NCBI RefSeq assembly: GCF_009834535.1
Contig: NC_045697.1
Coordinates: forward strand, 56,856,001 to 56,920,000
DNA from: Camelus ferus
Taxonomy: Eukaryota
Length of the DNA: 64,000 nt
Direction: 5' to 3'
The position numbers and the translations under genes are program-made. The notes beneath the pieces are model-generated. The model saw nothing but the letters and a program-made list of their open reading frames with translations, was not told the origin of the DNA and searched no databases. Each line of letters begins with the position of its first letter. Positions within the stretch are counted from its first letter, which is position 1. Of the stretch, positions 1-13,418 are shown piece by piece.

Positions 1-429
1 AGTCAAAAATTCACCATTATTTGTTGATAGCAAATAACAGAAGATCCTAAGCAGTTTACCCTGAAAATTTTAGAATGTGGTTTCTTTAGTTTTTTTTAAT
101 CATTATTCTCAACAAAACAAATAAAATTCCAAAGACTGTTATAAAATTTACTATATACTACAAAAGCTGTCACCTTTGATCATGTCATTATAAGGTATCA
201 TAATTAATAACATTTATGAGATTTTGTAATTAAATCTGACAAATTTCCAGAATCCAATATTTGTGGAGTGAAAATACTCTTTTGTCTACCCTCTATATAT
301 ATTGTACTAATATAGAGAACTTCACATGATTAATGTATGATTAAATGGTACAGGTATTGTGATATTTTACAATACAGATATTTTGCAAAGCCTCTTAGAG
401 CAGTAAACCATGTACATGTTAACATGTGT

Positions 430-525
430 ACCAATATTTTGCTGAACACCTCACTGACTTCCAAGTCCCATGCACTGGGAATATAGATGAATAAACCATT
501 TCTTACACTAAAGAGTTGGCATCAC
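430..525 (-). mobile_element. L2 LINE 3' fragment
   Basis: aatattttgctgaacacc...catgcactgggaatatagatgaataa resembles the reverse complement of the L2 3' end; heavily diverged. Confidence 0.45.
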
Positions 526-764
526 ACTTACCTACTTACTTTCAGACTCTGGAAAAGACTCTTTATTCTTTAATAAAACTGTCTTTAGGAAGCAAGTATG
601 GAAGTTTATGATTCAGAGGAGGAGAAGGTTTTTCAATATTCTCCTATATTGGACCTAATTGTTTTTGAGGGTCTTGAAACAACTTCATTCCCTCACAAAG
701 ATAGAAAATACCAAGAGTAAAAGTAAATATATTGTATTCTTACTTACTTATTACTTGACAAGTT

Positions 765-925
765 ACTCATTACCTGACAAATTAATTAAAATCTCTATGG
801 TCTCAGTGAATAATCTTAATTCCCACATGTTTTGTTTGCAAATACACACACACATTTCAAAGAAGACAGGACAATATGTCAAGGTACCTTAGTAATAATG
901 CTTTTAAACTATTATTATAATTATT
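765..925 (+). mobile_element. MIR SINE fragment
   Basis: tctctatggtctcagt...aatatgtcaaggtacctta...aaactattattat resembles the MIR core and tail. Confidence 0.45.
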
Positions 926-3729
926 TTCTCATAGATTATAGCAGTTGATGATCTGTGGAAATAATTGCATAGCTATTAGCCTTAACCAGACAATCTTTTA
1001 TTTCACCAGTGTTGCTGTTCTTCCACTAGGTGTCAGCCTTACACTAGTAACTTTAGGATACTGGCACCAAAGCAAAACGTCATTCACATCTGTTTTACTT
1101 ATTATGTTTTCCGATAGAATTTACCTGGTTAATTGATAATAATAAAAAAGTATAATTCTCTAATGACAATAGAAAAACCATAAACTGGAGTGCAAAGGGT
1201 ATTCAAAAATGAAAACTGTAAACTGATTTACAAATGTGGTGTCTTCAAAAATATTTTAACTTTCATTCTCTTTTATTACAGTTAATGTGTTCTATAGACT
1301 TTCACATATTTTCGGCATTTGATGAACCAGGGCTTGAAAATACCATCGATTTGATAACAATGAAACTCCATGAGGTGCGAGAACCATTTCCATGGTCAAC
1401 AACATAGGAAGGCAAAGCAGTCCCAGCCTACATACCCTCCCACCGCAGCCCTGCCTGTCACTGATCTGATAGAATTCAGAATGGTTATGAGCTTCTCTCA
1501 AACAAAAGTCACTGGCAGCTGCAGAGACAGACCACAAAGGCTTAGAAACTTCAAGGGTATATTTACCATTGGGCTTTAATTACTTTTCTGGCTTTGTGAA
1601 GGGACTGAAATGTCTGACATTTCAATGAGGACGATTCTTTCTCCCAGGTTAGAGAGGAGAATGATGGGTAGCTGAAAGAATTCTGAAGTGTTCTGGGAGA
1701 TGCTGCAAGATCTCAGGTCTGTTTTTTACAATTGAAAAGGAAATACTATTCAAAGGGCTAAAAGGAGGAGGCAGAAGTAGGAGAGTAGAGCAGGGCAGTA
1801 TGACAAGGATGTGCATGGGCTTTAGAGCAATTTTGGTCTAAAGAGAATTTTTTCCACTCAGGTTTTCCCTACTTCTAAAGTAATTTGGTTCAAGTGGGAC
1901 AGATGTGAAAAAACCTGTATAGGTAGAGGGTCAAAACATTATAGAGAAAGGAGTATTTCTTCAATAAAACAAAAAGTACTTAAAAGGTCATCTTTTATAT
2001 ATTGCCTTTTCTTGTTTCCTTCATTTCTATCTTGATCAATTTTACTCTTTGCCTAACTTGTTTTTCTTTCCTTTTCTTTTTAGTTTTTGCCTCTTTTCTT
2101 CTCTAATCTCCCTCAAATTTTTTTAACTTTCTGTTTTTTCCACACATGATAAATTAATTTCCTCTAATTTATTTCAATAAATATATTTACTAAATTTTGT
2201 CATGTTTGTGTTTGCAATTTTTATTTTAAAATGAAGAACTATTTGAGAAAGAAATTATATATATATATATATGTATATATAAGTTTGAGCATTTATGAGC
2301 TCAATTATTTGTGTTTTAGGGCTTTTCTTTTGTGAATAAATGACTTCCTGAGAGAAAGCCAGGCCCTTTAAGAAGCTACTACCACAGGTCCCAGCCTATT
2401 CAGCCAAATTCAGTGTTCCAAGCAGTGATTCAGTTCAAAATAGATAAAATTTACATTTTTGCTTCGAGTACAAATCATTAAAGTGTTGTGCTGACAAAAT
2501 AAATAATTATTATCTAGCAACACCTACATTTCTGTTCTGATGTTATTCTTTTATTATTTTCTGCTTGGTCAGGATTCCTGGAGCCTCAGAAATGTTTATA
2601 TAATGATGCAAAATCTAAAGTCATGTTGTATAATACATATTGAAATGCCATAAAGCTCAAGATACATAAACATATACATCTTTATTTCTTTACTATATTA
2701 TTGTTGTTATGAAGCATGGCTAGTGACATATTCTTCAGCAGTTGAGGGCTATACTTTATCTCCTTCAGGTGTCAATCTTGTGTAATCCATGGGTTTCATA
2801 TAATTTTAATGAAGTTCTTATTGGATTATTCAAAGACCATTTCATTTCTCTAGTCCTGAGGATTTCTGAGGTATCCAAATTTCCCTGGGGCTACAAGATT
2901 TGGACCTCTTACAGATGTCAGATTTAGATTTTTTTTAAAGTAGTTTGAACAGCATTTGTTGTGAAGCACTCCTACCAAGGCAGAATGACAAGGAATAGTA
3001 CACTGACTAATTCACCTAGAGTTCTGATATATCGCTTTCTCTCTTTAGGCACATTTATACAGAAGATAAAAAATTCTTTTTATGGATTTGGGAGTATGTA
3101 AAGGAGGTGCAGTGGAGTAGTCACTTACAAGACAGTAACAGCACACGATAAACTGCAACAACAACAAAATCTTATCTTAGAGTTCCAGAAGAACACACGG
3201 CTGTGTGAATGTTCACTGGTAAGAATATAGGTATATCATTTTGAAGAAAAAAAATTTACACATACTAGAAACTCAAGAGAAAAATTACTAACAAAATTTG
3301 ACCAATATCAAGTTAATCATGGAAACAGGAAAATATTAGTAACAGCATGATATGAGAAAGCTAAAGGTCCTGATCTGTGAAATCTACTTAATTACTTGTA
3401 AGAATGATAGGTCATCAGTAACGCCATCAAGGGATGAATGGGTATACAGACCCTGAAGAAAGTGCCACATTCATGCTGCAGAATTCATACTGCAAACTCA
3501 CTTACTCACAAACTCAACAAGCTTCTACATTTAACAGAAAGACCCTCTTATACAGCAACTCTGTAGCCTAAACAAACTGTTCGGCAGACGTTGAGTGTAA
3601 TCCTGACTTCATCCTTCTTAATGGAAACTGCTTTTCTTCTACAAAAAAAATTCTTCATCTTAACTACAAAATGAATAGCAATTTTACCAACAGCTGATGC
3701 TGTATTCACAAACGTCAAGTCTGAATGAG

Positions 3730-4340
3730 ATTCATTCATTCATTTATCTATCCATTCCATAGATATTAAGAACACTAAATGTCAAGAAGAGCCACAGACA
3801 CTTGGGATACAGCCTGAAAGAGGGAGACCTCGTTTCTGTTCTCTGCATTTTAAAAATTTATTTCTTTATTATTTAAGTTATAAGTGTACAATACAATGAT
3901 TATAATTTTAAAGATTATATTCTATTTATAGTTATTATAAAATATTGGCTATATTCCAATATTGGATATGTGTACAGTATATCCTTATAGCTTATTTTAT
4001 ACCTAATAGTTTGTACCTCTTAATCTCCTACCCTTATCTTGCTCCTTCCCTCTTCCCTCTCCCTACTGGTAACCACTAGTTTGTTCTTTGTATCTGTGAG
4101 TCTGCTTCTTTTTTGTTATATTCACTACGTTATTTGCTATGCTTTTTAGATTCCACATATAAGTGATATCATACAGAATATGTCTTATTCTGTCTGACTT
4201 ATTTCACTTAGCATAATGCCCTTGTTCTTTACATTTTCTTAGGACGAGGCAGGCAATAGGTAATTAGTAAATTAGTAAGCATAGTAAATGTCAAATAAGT
4301 AAGATAAAAACTTTGATAAATTTTCTGTAGGAAATAAATC
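3730..4340 (-). mobile_element. L2 3' end, interrupted by an L1 insertion
   Basis: ttcattcattcatt...cttgggatacag is the reverse complement of the L2 (ATGA)n tail; the element resumes after 4237. Confidence 0.65.
3852..4222 (-). mobile_element. 5'-truncated L1 3' end (artiodactyl type)
   Basis: ctggtaaccactagtttgttc...tgtgagtctg...tagattccacatataagtgatatcataca...atttcacttagcataatg. Degenerate 15-bp TSD: tgttctctgcatttt (3837-3851) and tgttctttacatttt (4223-4237). Confidence 0.9.
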
Positions 4341-4874
4341 ATGAGTCACTTTATTACATGGAACCATAAACCCCACAGAAACATAAACTTGGCCCTGCCC
4401 ATCCCCAGAGCCTAAGAAGTTTTATTTTTGGAAGGGGGTGAATATATAAAAAGCCAATGTGACAACTTAAAAGTAGATACAAATAATTGGTTGTACATGT
4501 GAGTTACTGCATGGAAATAAATATTAAATGGAAGACATCATACTTCTATATAAATTATTAAAATAATAATGTCAAATGTCATATTTGGCTAGATTAAAAG
4601 ATTTGATATGTTAATTTTCAGACGGAAATTAAAAATAAACCAGCAAATTGTATTTTTGCCTGTACTTGTTTAGTGATACTCTATCTTTATCCAAAACGAC
4701 TATGTAATCTTTTGGTCTTAGAAAGCGCATAATTTCCTCAGGGATGTATTCCATAACCCTTCAATGAGTTTACATTATTACTCTGTAGGTGAAAACTACA
4801 TTCTTAAAGTAGGTAAAGACTTACTTTCCCATAAGGTTCCTATCATCACACTTTTAAGTTGTTCTTTGATTATT

Positions 4875-5012
4875 TTTCTTTTCCACAGTTTACAAGCTCT
4901 GCAAAAGCAAAGCCTTCAACACCTTGTTTACAACAGTATGACCAGTGTTTAGAAGAATTACCAGCATATGGTAGGTATTCACTGAGTATTTCTTGAATGA
5001 ATTACTGAATGA
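4875..5012 (+). mobile_element. L2 3' end
   Basis: acaagctctgca...gcatatggtaggtattcactgagtatttcttgaatgaatt is a typical L2 terminus. Confidence 0.7.
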
Positions 5013-5139
5013 GGGTTGCAAATAAACAGTCAAATCCAATTCTTCAACTATTCCACAGTGACTTCCATAAAGCCTAAGTTAGCTGAAGAAAAACATAGAA
5101 ACCTGAAGATTTTTCTCATCTTAAATTCATTAAGACCGA

Positions 5140-7362
5140 TACATTAGATTCCTTTAGTCCTTTCACTCTTCTATGGCTCTGGGAGGAGTTTTTATTGTCC
5201 TCTCTCTTCAAATCTCCGACAACCCCTCTTCAGTCTCCACTCTTCACTATTTGTCTTGCTTCCTGTTTCACAGGGAAAACTGACTAAATCAGAAGAGAAT
5301 TTCTATACACTCTCACTAGCCTGCATCTTTGCCCACTTTCTTGGATATTTTTCCTATTATTACTGTTCATGACTCCTCTACTTGAATACCCTATTCTAAC
5401 TCCCCTTCTCTACTCAAGGATAAAGTTCCAACAGTTCTCACTGCTTTCTCACAAATCAGTGGGTTTTGTTCTGAATTTTATCATTCTTTAAATTTGGTCT
5501 TTCCTATCTATGCTGTAATATTCTCTTCAGAAAGAAAAGAGGCAAAAATCTTGCCTGGAGGATTCATTCTCCAGATATTACTCAATTTCCCATTAGAGCA
5601 GAAAATCTCAATACAGCATTCATGCGAGAGTAGTGTGGATGGAATTCATGAGGTCAATCTTCATGGATAAAAAAGAAAAAAAATACTTGATCTTTAAGTG
5701 ACTGAAGCATAATGTCCTTTAATTATGTATCTTGACAATCTACCATAAACAATATTAGCTCTAACTAAACATTTTTAATCATGTTACACTACTGTAACAT
5801 CACAAATATCCTTCACACTCACCACCCCTTTGAAATTAGGATATTAGACTTTTCCTATAAGTTACTATTTAAAGGTTAAGAAATCTTGCTTTAGAAGAAG
5901 ACTCTTTGAAATGTCTGTTAATGTTCATGGTTTTGAATTGCTTTTTCCCCAACCCAGTGTACATTTTCCAGTCAGGCTTTTGCCCAAACTGCTCTACGAA
6001 ATAGCTTTATTCTAATCACTGATAAGATGCGTTTACTAAATCCAATAATCAAGGCTGAGCCTTCTGACTTGAGCCCTACTTGAGATAGCATTTGTCACAC
6101 TTCACTATCTTATCTTGGAGACACTGCCTTCATGTCCAAACTCACACTCTTCTGTTTTCCTCCCACCTCACTGGTCACTTATTTTTGAGTTTCCTTTGCA
6201 GGTCCATCTTCATAAATAGGACTTTTCTATGCTGGACTACTATAGTTCTTAGTACTTGGACCTCTTTTTAATTTAATGTTGCCTAACTGATCTTCTCTTG
6301 TGTGATCTCATGCACTTACATAACTTTAAGTAGACTAAATGATGGTGATTCTCAAATGTATAACTCTCAGGACCTCTTGTCTGAACAACAGATAGCTATT
6401 TCAAACTGCCTCCACAGCATCTATCTTGAGTGTCTAGTAGATATCTCAAAACGAACCTCTCCAAAATTTAATCTGGATCCCTCTCCTCACCCCAGACCCC
6501 AATGTCCAACCTCCTCCCACAGTCATATTCATCTCAGTTACAACTCCAACATTTCAATTCCTTGGCCCCAAATCTCAGATTCATTCTTCAGCTATCTTTC
6601 ATATTTCACAACTAATTATCAGTAAATCTTGGCAGTTCTACACTGAAAATATATTCCATATATAACCACTTCTCATTTTCTAAACAGCTATTATGCTGGT
6701 CCAAAACACAACTTTGTACAGCTTAAATTATTGTAAGAGTCCACTTACAACCTCTCTGTTTTTATCCATGCTTCCCTCCAATATATTTTAGACAGAAGTC
6801 TAAGTAATCTTGTTAAGTAGAAGGTTAAATCATGTCACTTCTGTGCTCTGAACTCTCCAACAGTTTTGTATCTCACTTGGGGTAAAAGCAGAAACCAGTA
6901 CATATTTTGGTTACCCATTCACATCTTTGACATCTTCTATTACATTCCTCGTGGCTCACTCTGCACAAGTTGCACTTCTTGTTCTCACATAGCTGTTACT
7001 CCTTTCTCAGAATGTTGACAGTTTCCTTCTCTTATTTCTTGAGTACTATGATTCTATAACTATGTGACTTACTTACTCACCTTCAGTCTTTATTAAATGT
7101 CCACTTTTCAGTAAGGTCTTCCCTTGTCACTTTATACTTTGACAATTGTCACTGTCCCCCTTTTTATTTTTCTTTATCTCTGAAAATTATTACTACCTAA
7201 CATATATTTTTCTTACTGTGTTTGTTGTCTGTCCCCATCCCTGCCTCTAGAATATCAGTTCTGTGATTGAAACGACTTAGTCGGTATTCCTGGCCTAGAG
7301 TATTATCTAATAGTAACAGTCATCATTTTTGATAAATGAAAACAGAAATGAATGAATGAACA
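5140..7362 (+). mobile_element. L2 LINE, ~2 kb decayed RT region to 3' end
   Basis: cagtcaggcttttgccc (QSGF motif of the L2 RT), ttttcctcccacctcactggtcact and gatggtgattctcaaatgtata; ends gaaatgaatgaatgaa. Confidence 0.85.
5599..5888. mobile_element. hAT-Charlie-type non-autonomous DNA transposon nested in L2
   Basis: Imperfect terminal repeats cagaaaatctcaa and ttaagaaatcttg, flanked by 8-bp TSD-like cattagag and ctttagaa (NNNTAGAN target). Confidence 0.5.
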
Positions 7363-8811
7363 AATATAATTTTTCCATATATCTCTTCATTTATCTATTT
7401 TCATCATCTGCCTTCAAAGGATACAATGGCAAATCAAAATAGCCCAATAAAAACAGGGTGAGCAAATGAAGCAATGCTATATATGATTTGTCTTAAAAAT
7501 TACAGTTGTACTTCTTAAAAGACTACCATGTACATTTGGAATGTTTTCGTACTTATTCAGTGTAGGTTGGCTATGTCATATCAGTCTTTGTCTAAAATTT
7601 CAAAACAGTTAAAAACATAAGTTTTAATCAAAAAGACCATAAAAGTGAAACGATATTTTCTACAAATATCAATCATACCATAGTTTTACACATTAGATTT
7701 TATTTTGAAGTCATCTTCTCATAGCTCTTATGAGTTATCCCTCATTCATTTTGTTTGATTAATTGAAGGAACAATTTAAAATATCCATTCCCTTTAATTT
7801 TCACTTTATTAAAGATAAACATATCACTTAGTCCTACTTGGATAAATTTCTTAGAGTTTATAGAAACTCTGTCTACTTCTAAACAAAGATACCTGTACAA
7901 CTGACTGCAAAATGCTCTGAAAACATGCAGATGGCAATGACTGAATTTGTCTAGGTAACATTATACACCATTGATCTATTGACAAACAATGTCCATAAAC
8001 TAGTGACTTTATCTAAACTGGCATTAGTTTAAGTAGGTTTGAAAAATATAATTTCACTTTAGATTATTTTAAACTACTTTCAGCAACTTTACAAATATTT
8101 TTCTTTTTCACTTATTGACTATTTTTCTTCCTAAGTACCCTCCTCTTTTTGAAAACAAATGATGTTTCCTGTATCTGTAATGAAAAGAACTATTGAAAAC
8201 ACATTAACCACAGACTGAAACTGACTTTGTAGTACAATTCTTTAGAAAAATATTGAAAGGCATCTAGAAAATTGTTGTATCTATTAATAAGAGAGACAGA
8301 AAATATCATCACTTGTTTTCAGCATTCAACATGAAATCATAATAATTCTATTTTGGATTTCTCTCATTACCAAATTTGGGCAGACTTAGATATCTTAATT
8401 ATATTAAACACTTAATACTAGAAAAATATTAAAAGCTTTGCTTTTGTACAGTTTATTATAAAATATTTCCCTATCTAACTGTACTCATTTGGAAACATCT
8501 CAAGGATATAATTCCCATATAGATCCCAAACAGCTTCACACAAATACAGATTAGACCTGCATAGAGAAATATGAGTTGTGGCATTAAACGCCAATGTAAA
8601 AGTTCTCTAACTCCATTAAATCAGATCTTTAATAATTTCCCTTCTCACATTAAGTTTTCCTTTAAATACAAATTCTCCTGAAATACAAATATAATTGGTT
8701 ATAGATATTTTCTTTTATATTAGTGTTGCTCAAACTTTTGCCTCTGTCTAGGAAAAACTTGAAGGTAAGCCTCATTCTCAGATATCAGTGATAACTGGGG
8801 AAAAATATTTT

Positions 8812-9160
8812 CCCCCAAATTGAAGAGGACAGAATACTCCCAAACTCATTTTAAAAGACCAGCATCACCTTGATACCAAAGGCAGGGGACACTATAAGAA
8901 AAGATAATTACAGGCCAACATCCATGATTTATGCAAAGTTGTCAACAAAACACTAGCAAACTGAATTTAGCAACACAGCAAAAAGATCATACACCATGAT
9001 CAAGTGAGATTTATCACTGGGATACAAGGATGTTTCAACATACACAAATCAACAAATGTGAGACACCACATTAATAGAGTGAAGGATAAAAATCCCATGA
9101 TCATCTTAATAGAGAAAAAGCATTTGACAAAATTTAATATTCTTTTATGATAAAATCCTC
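8812..9160 (+). mobile_element. Isolated L1 ORF2 fragment (start of RT domain), decayed
   Basis: Reads across frameshifts as [63 protein letters not shown]. Confidence 0.95.
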
Positions 9161-9894
9161 CATAATTCTTATAACTAAAAGTGCTATAATCATCTAGTAG
9201 AGTGTTGGATTTCTATATTTTTATGGAAATAGAATATTAGATAATGTTTCTTTGAGGAAACCTCTGGTTGAGATATTCCAATTGTGGTGGAACACACCAT
9301 TATTTCATTAATGCAGTCACTCTGCAACTAGCTCTATCCTTGGTTATATGAGCTTCACCATGATTAAAATCTGTGTCTCTATCCTCCAAGGCTTAAAATC
9401 TCCTATGGGAGGGTTACAATTAAGTAAATTAGACCAAAAATTAATTAATTTAAATTTGATAAAGTATCCTTTTGAAAGATTTATTGGTAAAAGGGAGGCA
9501 TAAAAAGATGGCAAATATGTAAAATATGTGATTAGGAAAGAAGTAGACAAAGAAACCAACTCAAGGATCATATGATCTCAATAGATTTTGTTAATGAGAT
9601 CGAATGTTAAGTTGGCCTTGAATGTATACTACAGAGTTAGAAGTAGCAATAAATAGGGCATAATTAACCGGTGGGGAGATGGTAAGGATATCTATATACT
9701 TGTAGTAGACACTAATATACAGAAGAGAACACCCAAAAGAAGAGCTATAAGTGTGAAAGGCTATATTGAAAGCAGGTTATGGAGGACCTTTAAATCTAGG
9801 GACCAATGTTTAAATTTGATTCAGGAAACAACAGGAAGCCAAGATACTTTCTTTAGCTAAATTATAGACTATGATTTTTTGAAAGTATTAACTA

Positions 9895-10160
9895 AGTAAA
9901 AGTAATAGCTGTTTTTTGAAAATTTACTGTGGATCAGATATTATAATTATGCCTTCCATTTATTATTTCACTTAATGTGTGCAATAGATGTATAAATTAG
10001 GTATGATTAATACCATCATCCTTCTGGAAATGAGAAATACAGGTTAAAGTTTTAAAATATTTTAAAATAAAACACTATAGCTGATAGGCAACAAGGCTGA
10101 GATCTAAACCCAGAACCCATTTTATCTCTAGAACCTGTGCTCTTTCCTATGGTATCCCAC
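9895..10160 (-). mobile_element. MIR SINE
   Basis: gtaatagctg...tatttcacttaat...aaatgagaaatacagg...gatctaaacccag...cctgtgctcttt. Confidence 0.65.
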
Positions 10161-10704
10161 ACTAAGATCTACTTTTTAAAGTTAAGCATTTAAGAAAATA
10201 ACAGCTGCAACATTGTAACAGACTTCTGGAGCATGATTAGTATTACTACCCTATTTTGTACATATAGCTAAACTGTTTTAGAAACTTTCCATGTGCTTAA
10301 ACATTTCATGTGCCAGAAACTTGTAGTATCTTTCTCAGACACTATTATTACCCTCTTCATTATAATGATGATATGCAGACAAATTGAAAAGCACAAAATG
10401 GAAGCTGTTTCATCAGAGAGGGAACGATTATGGAATTCAAATTCATACTGTTGAAGTCCAAGCCAAAACAATTTTGTCCTAGAACTTCTTCTGGTAACAA
10501 GACATATCTTCTGGAGTCCCTTACCTTCCTTTGAGATGAGAAAAAATATGTTTATGAATCTATGTTTTTTAATAAAAAAGGGATATTGGATATTATTCAA
10601 GTTCTACATAACAGACTGTGGGTGTAACTACACAATATTTTAGGGAAATTTACTGAGGTGGTACCATGTACTTTTTCTGGATATGAGCAAAGCCAATTAA
10701 AAGC

Positions 10705-10945
10705 AGTTGTGATGACTAAAACCAGGAGTGATGAAAGCTTACTATATGTCAATGCATTATGGCAGCAATTTACATATATTTTCTTGCTCAATTTTCATAA
10801 AAATAACGTTTTTAAAATTATATTACATATGAGAAAACTTTGGCTCAGAGATGTTCACAAAATTGCTCAAGATGACATAGCTAGCAACAGGCAGTTTGTA
10901 AATTTGAACACAGGTGTTTTAGTTTTAATTTCAAAATCAATTCTT
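10705..10945 (-). mobile_element. MIR SINE
   Basis: acatatgagaaaactttggctcagagatgttcacaaaattgctcaagatgacatagctagc is the reverse of the MIR core. Confidence 0.7.
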
Positions 10946-11584
10946 TTTGCAACTCAATGACATAAAAAATCATGCTTATGTTAAACCAAAATCAAATTAC
11001 ATTTTAAGTGTCTAATGATGCTTTCATATGTAATTGCTACCATTGCATATATAGTGGAAGGTGCTAAAGTGTAAAGTCATGTTTAGGATTTTTAACCAGC
11101 ATGTGTTTGTGGGCATTTCCATAAACATAAATTTTATGGAGTATTGGTAACATCTTAGTTGAAAATGAACAAAAATATTCTTCATGATCAGAAAATAGGA
11201 ATTAATGAACTTCTTTTTTCTCTTTTTAAATAAAAATAATTTCTTTAAATTTTTGGAGTTAAGAATCAATCCTAAATCAATGATTTGTATATCTTATTAT
11301 CTTATGTTCCCAATGCAACAGTCTGTAACTGTTTTCTCTAGAGTTTTCCATTCCTCTGGCTACCATTCTACCATATCCTACAGTTTCAAGGTGGAGCTGT
11401 AAACTCAGTCCTCCGACTGCAGTATTGACACATACATTTGTTGTTCTTGTTCAATGCTGATCTGATTTACAAGTCTGCTTTTGCAGCAGTGGTTTTATAG
11501 AGAGTTCATTTAAAGTTTACTTTTGCGTAAATACCTTTAAAGCACTTCTTATGTGCCTAACAGTTTTCCTTTCCAGGAGGTTTT

Positions 11585-11611
11585 TTTGTTTGTTTGTTTG
11601 TTTGTTTGTTT
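11585..11611. repeat. (TTTG)n microsatellite
   Basis: Read directly from the sequence. Confidence 0.95.
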
Positions 11612-11911
11612 TTGTTTTTAAAGAAACAGGTTTTACTTTATGGATTTCAGGACAATTTCAGGACAGTCATACATTTTCAAGTGCAGATTTTCTTTCATTT
11701 ATTACCTGAACTTTGATCTTCTTAATGACACAGATTTACCCCACATATAACACAGAATTTTCTAATACTTGATTCAGATTTTTGTAAAACATCTCAAATA
11801 TGGGCTTTTAAAAATGAATTCAGAAGGCAATTGGTCTCAGAGTCCAATTTGATTCCAGGTAATTAAATGGCAAGAAATAGAGGTCACAGATCACTAGCCT
11901 TTCTACTGAAG

Positions 11912-12125
11912 GAGTGGTAGTTAGCCGGATGGTTAAAGGAACAGGCAAGTGTCCATCCTCACCGGCAATGCCTGCTTCTACACTTGAATCACTATAGTTT
12001 TTTTTTTTTTTACAAAGTCACTTAAGCTCTCTGCTTCTAGCTCATCCATCTGTAAAGGAGAAATACAGTTATCTTCCACTTTCCAAAAAGACTGTGGAGA
12101 GTGTAATTAATTAGTATATTCAAAC
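11912..12125 (+). mobile_element. MIR SINE
   Basis: atggttaaagg...caaagtcacttaagctctctgcttctagctcatccatctgtaaaggag. Confidence 0.65.
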
Positions 12126-12847
12126 AAATTTAGAAGCTTCAAATTAAATGTAGGTATGAAAAAATTTTTTGGCTTTCACAGAATTTCTTTAGGTATCTCA
12201 AACACAACAAAAGCAAATATTTTTCCAAGCAAATTCAATGACTTTATATTTTGAGAAGTACATGAAATGTTGGCAATATTTACTATTTAATAACATAAGT
12301 GACTAATACTTGTGAGAAAGAAGTCTAATTTAGCCATTTTTCCAACCCTTCTTCCCTTCCCTTCTTCCCTTCCTGCTTGCCTTCCTTCCTTCCATCTTTC
12401 TTGGTTTGCACTATATGCTCTTGAAGTGTTCAACTTCTATGAGTTCATCAGTATATTTTCTTCATTGCTTATAGGCAGCCATTTGTGTGCTGAACATTTA
12501 TTATTTTAATTTCCCAACTCCTTGTGCTCCAGTAACAGCACAACATCTCCAGTAACAACAACCCATGTTGCGGAAACCCTAGCTTCTTTTCTTTGGGGAA
12601 ACTATCTTTCCCCCATTCTTTTATTATGTTTGACAGAGAAGAGCTGATAACTCCCTACATGATTTCATTTTTTCTTCATCTTATGATGAGGTGTGATTTG
12701 TAGGCACTTGACCCAAACAAAAGTCAGTCTTGATATTTCACACAGTTTGCCACCAGAATTCCAAGGGCTGCGAACAAGGGGGGTAAATTAAAGTCCTACC
12801 TCAGGATTATTTTAAGTGGAGCTTTTCAAAATGACCATTTCAGTTTT

Positions 12848-13156
12848 CTTAATTTTACATTTTTATTGAGATATTACTTTTGGGTGTACAACATAAAGAT
12901 TCAAAACTTGTATGTATTGTGAAGTTGTCACCACAATAAATCTAGTTAACATTATCACCATGTATAGTTACATAATTTTTGCTTGTCATGAGAACTTTTA
13001 AAATTTACCCTCTTAGCAACTTTCAAATATGCAATACAGAATTATTAACTGTAGTCACCATGCTGAACATTACATCCCCATGATATTTATTTTATAACTA
13101 GAAGTTTCTTCATTTTGACTTCCTTCACCCAATTTGCCCACTTTCCACCCCTACTT
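12848..13156 (-). mobile_element. 5'-truncated L1 3' end (L1MA9-like)
   Basis: ttttattgagata...tcaccacaataaatctagttaac...tcttagcaactttcaaatatgcaatac...gtagtcaccatgctg. 10-bp TSD tttcagtttt at 12838-12847 and 13157-13166. Confidence 0.9.
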
Positions 13157-13418
13157 TTTCAGTTTTAATAGTTAAATCATAGGATTATAATAGTCAGTTT
13201 CCACTAGCCATGTGTTTCCTCTCACCATCACTACATCTTTATTGCATATATCCCTATCAAATAGACAAAACTACAACAGAAGCAAGTGGAGTCAATATAT
13301 AGAAAGAAACAAGATCAAAAGATAGAATCCTGATGGTATTCAAGCCTCTGAACCTAGGCAATGCTGCCTTTCCCACAGCTTAGTTATCTGAGTTAGTAGG
13401 TCCCAACTACACAGACCA

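Noticed and set aside
405..430. 14-bp palindrome ACATGTTAACATGT (414-427) with three CATG cores, p53-like
   Set aside because: The spacing of the cores does not fit RRRCWWGYYY pairs, and AT-rich palindromes of this size are expected by chance.
3030..3225. Strong acceptor at 3048 with a donor at 3219
   Set aside because: Stops occur in the frames I checked and there is no other support; it is indistinguishable from the many pseudo-splice sites in AT-rich DNA.
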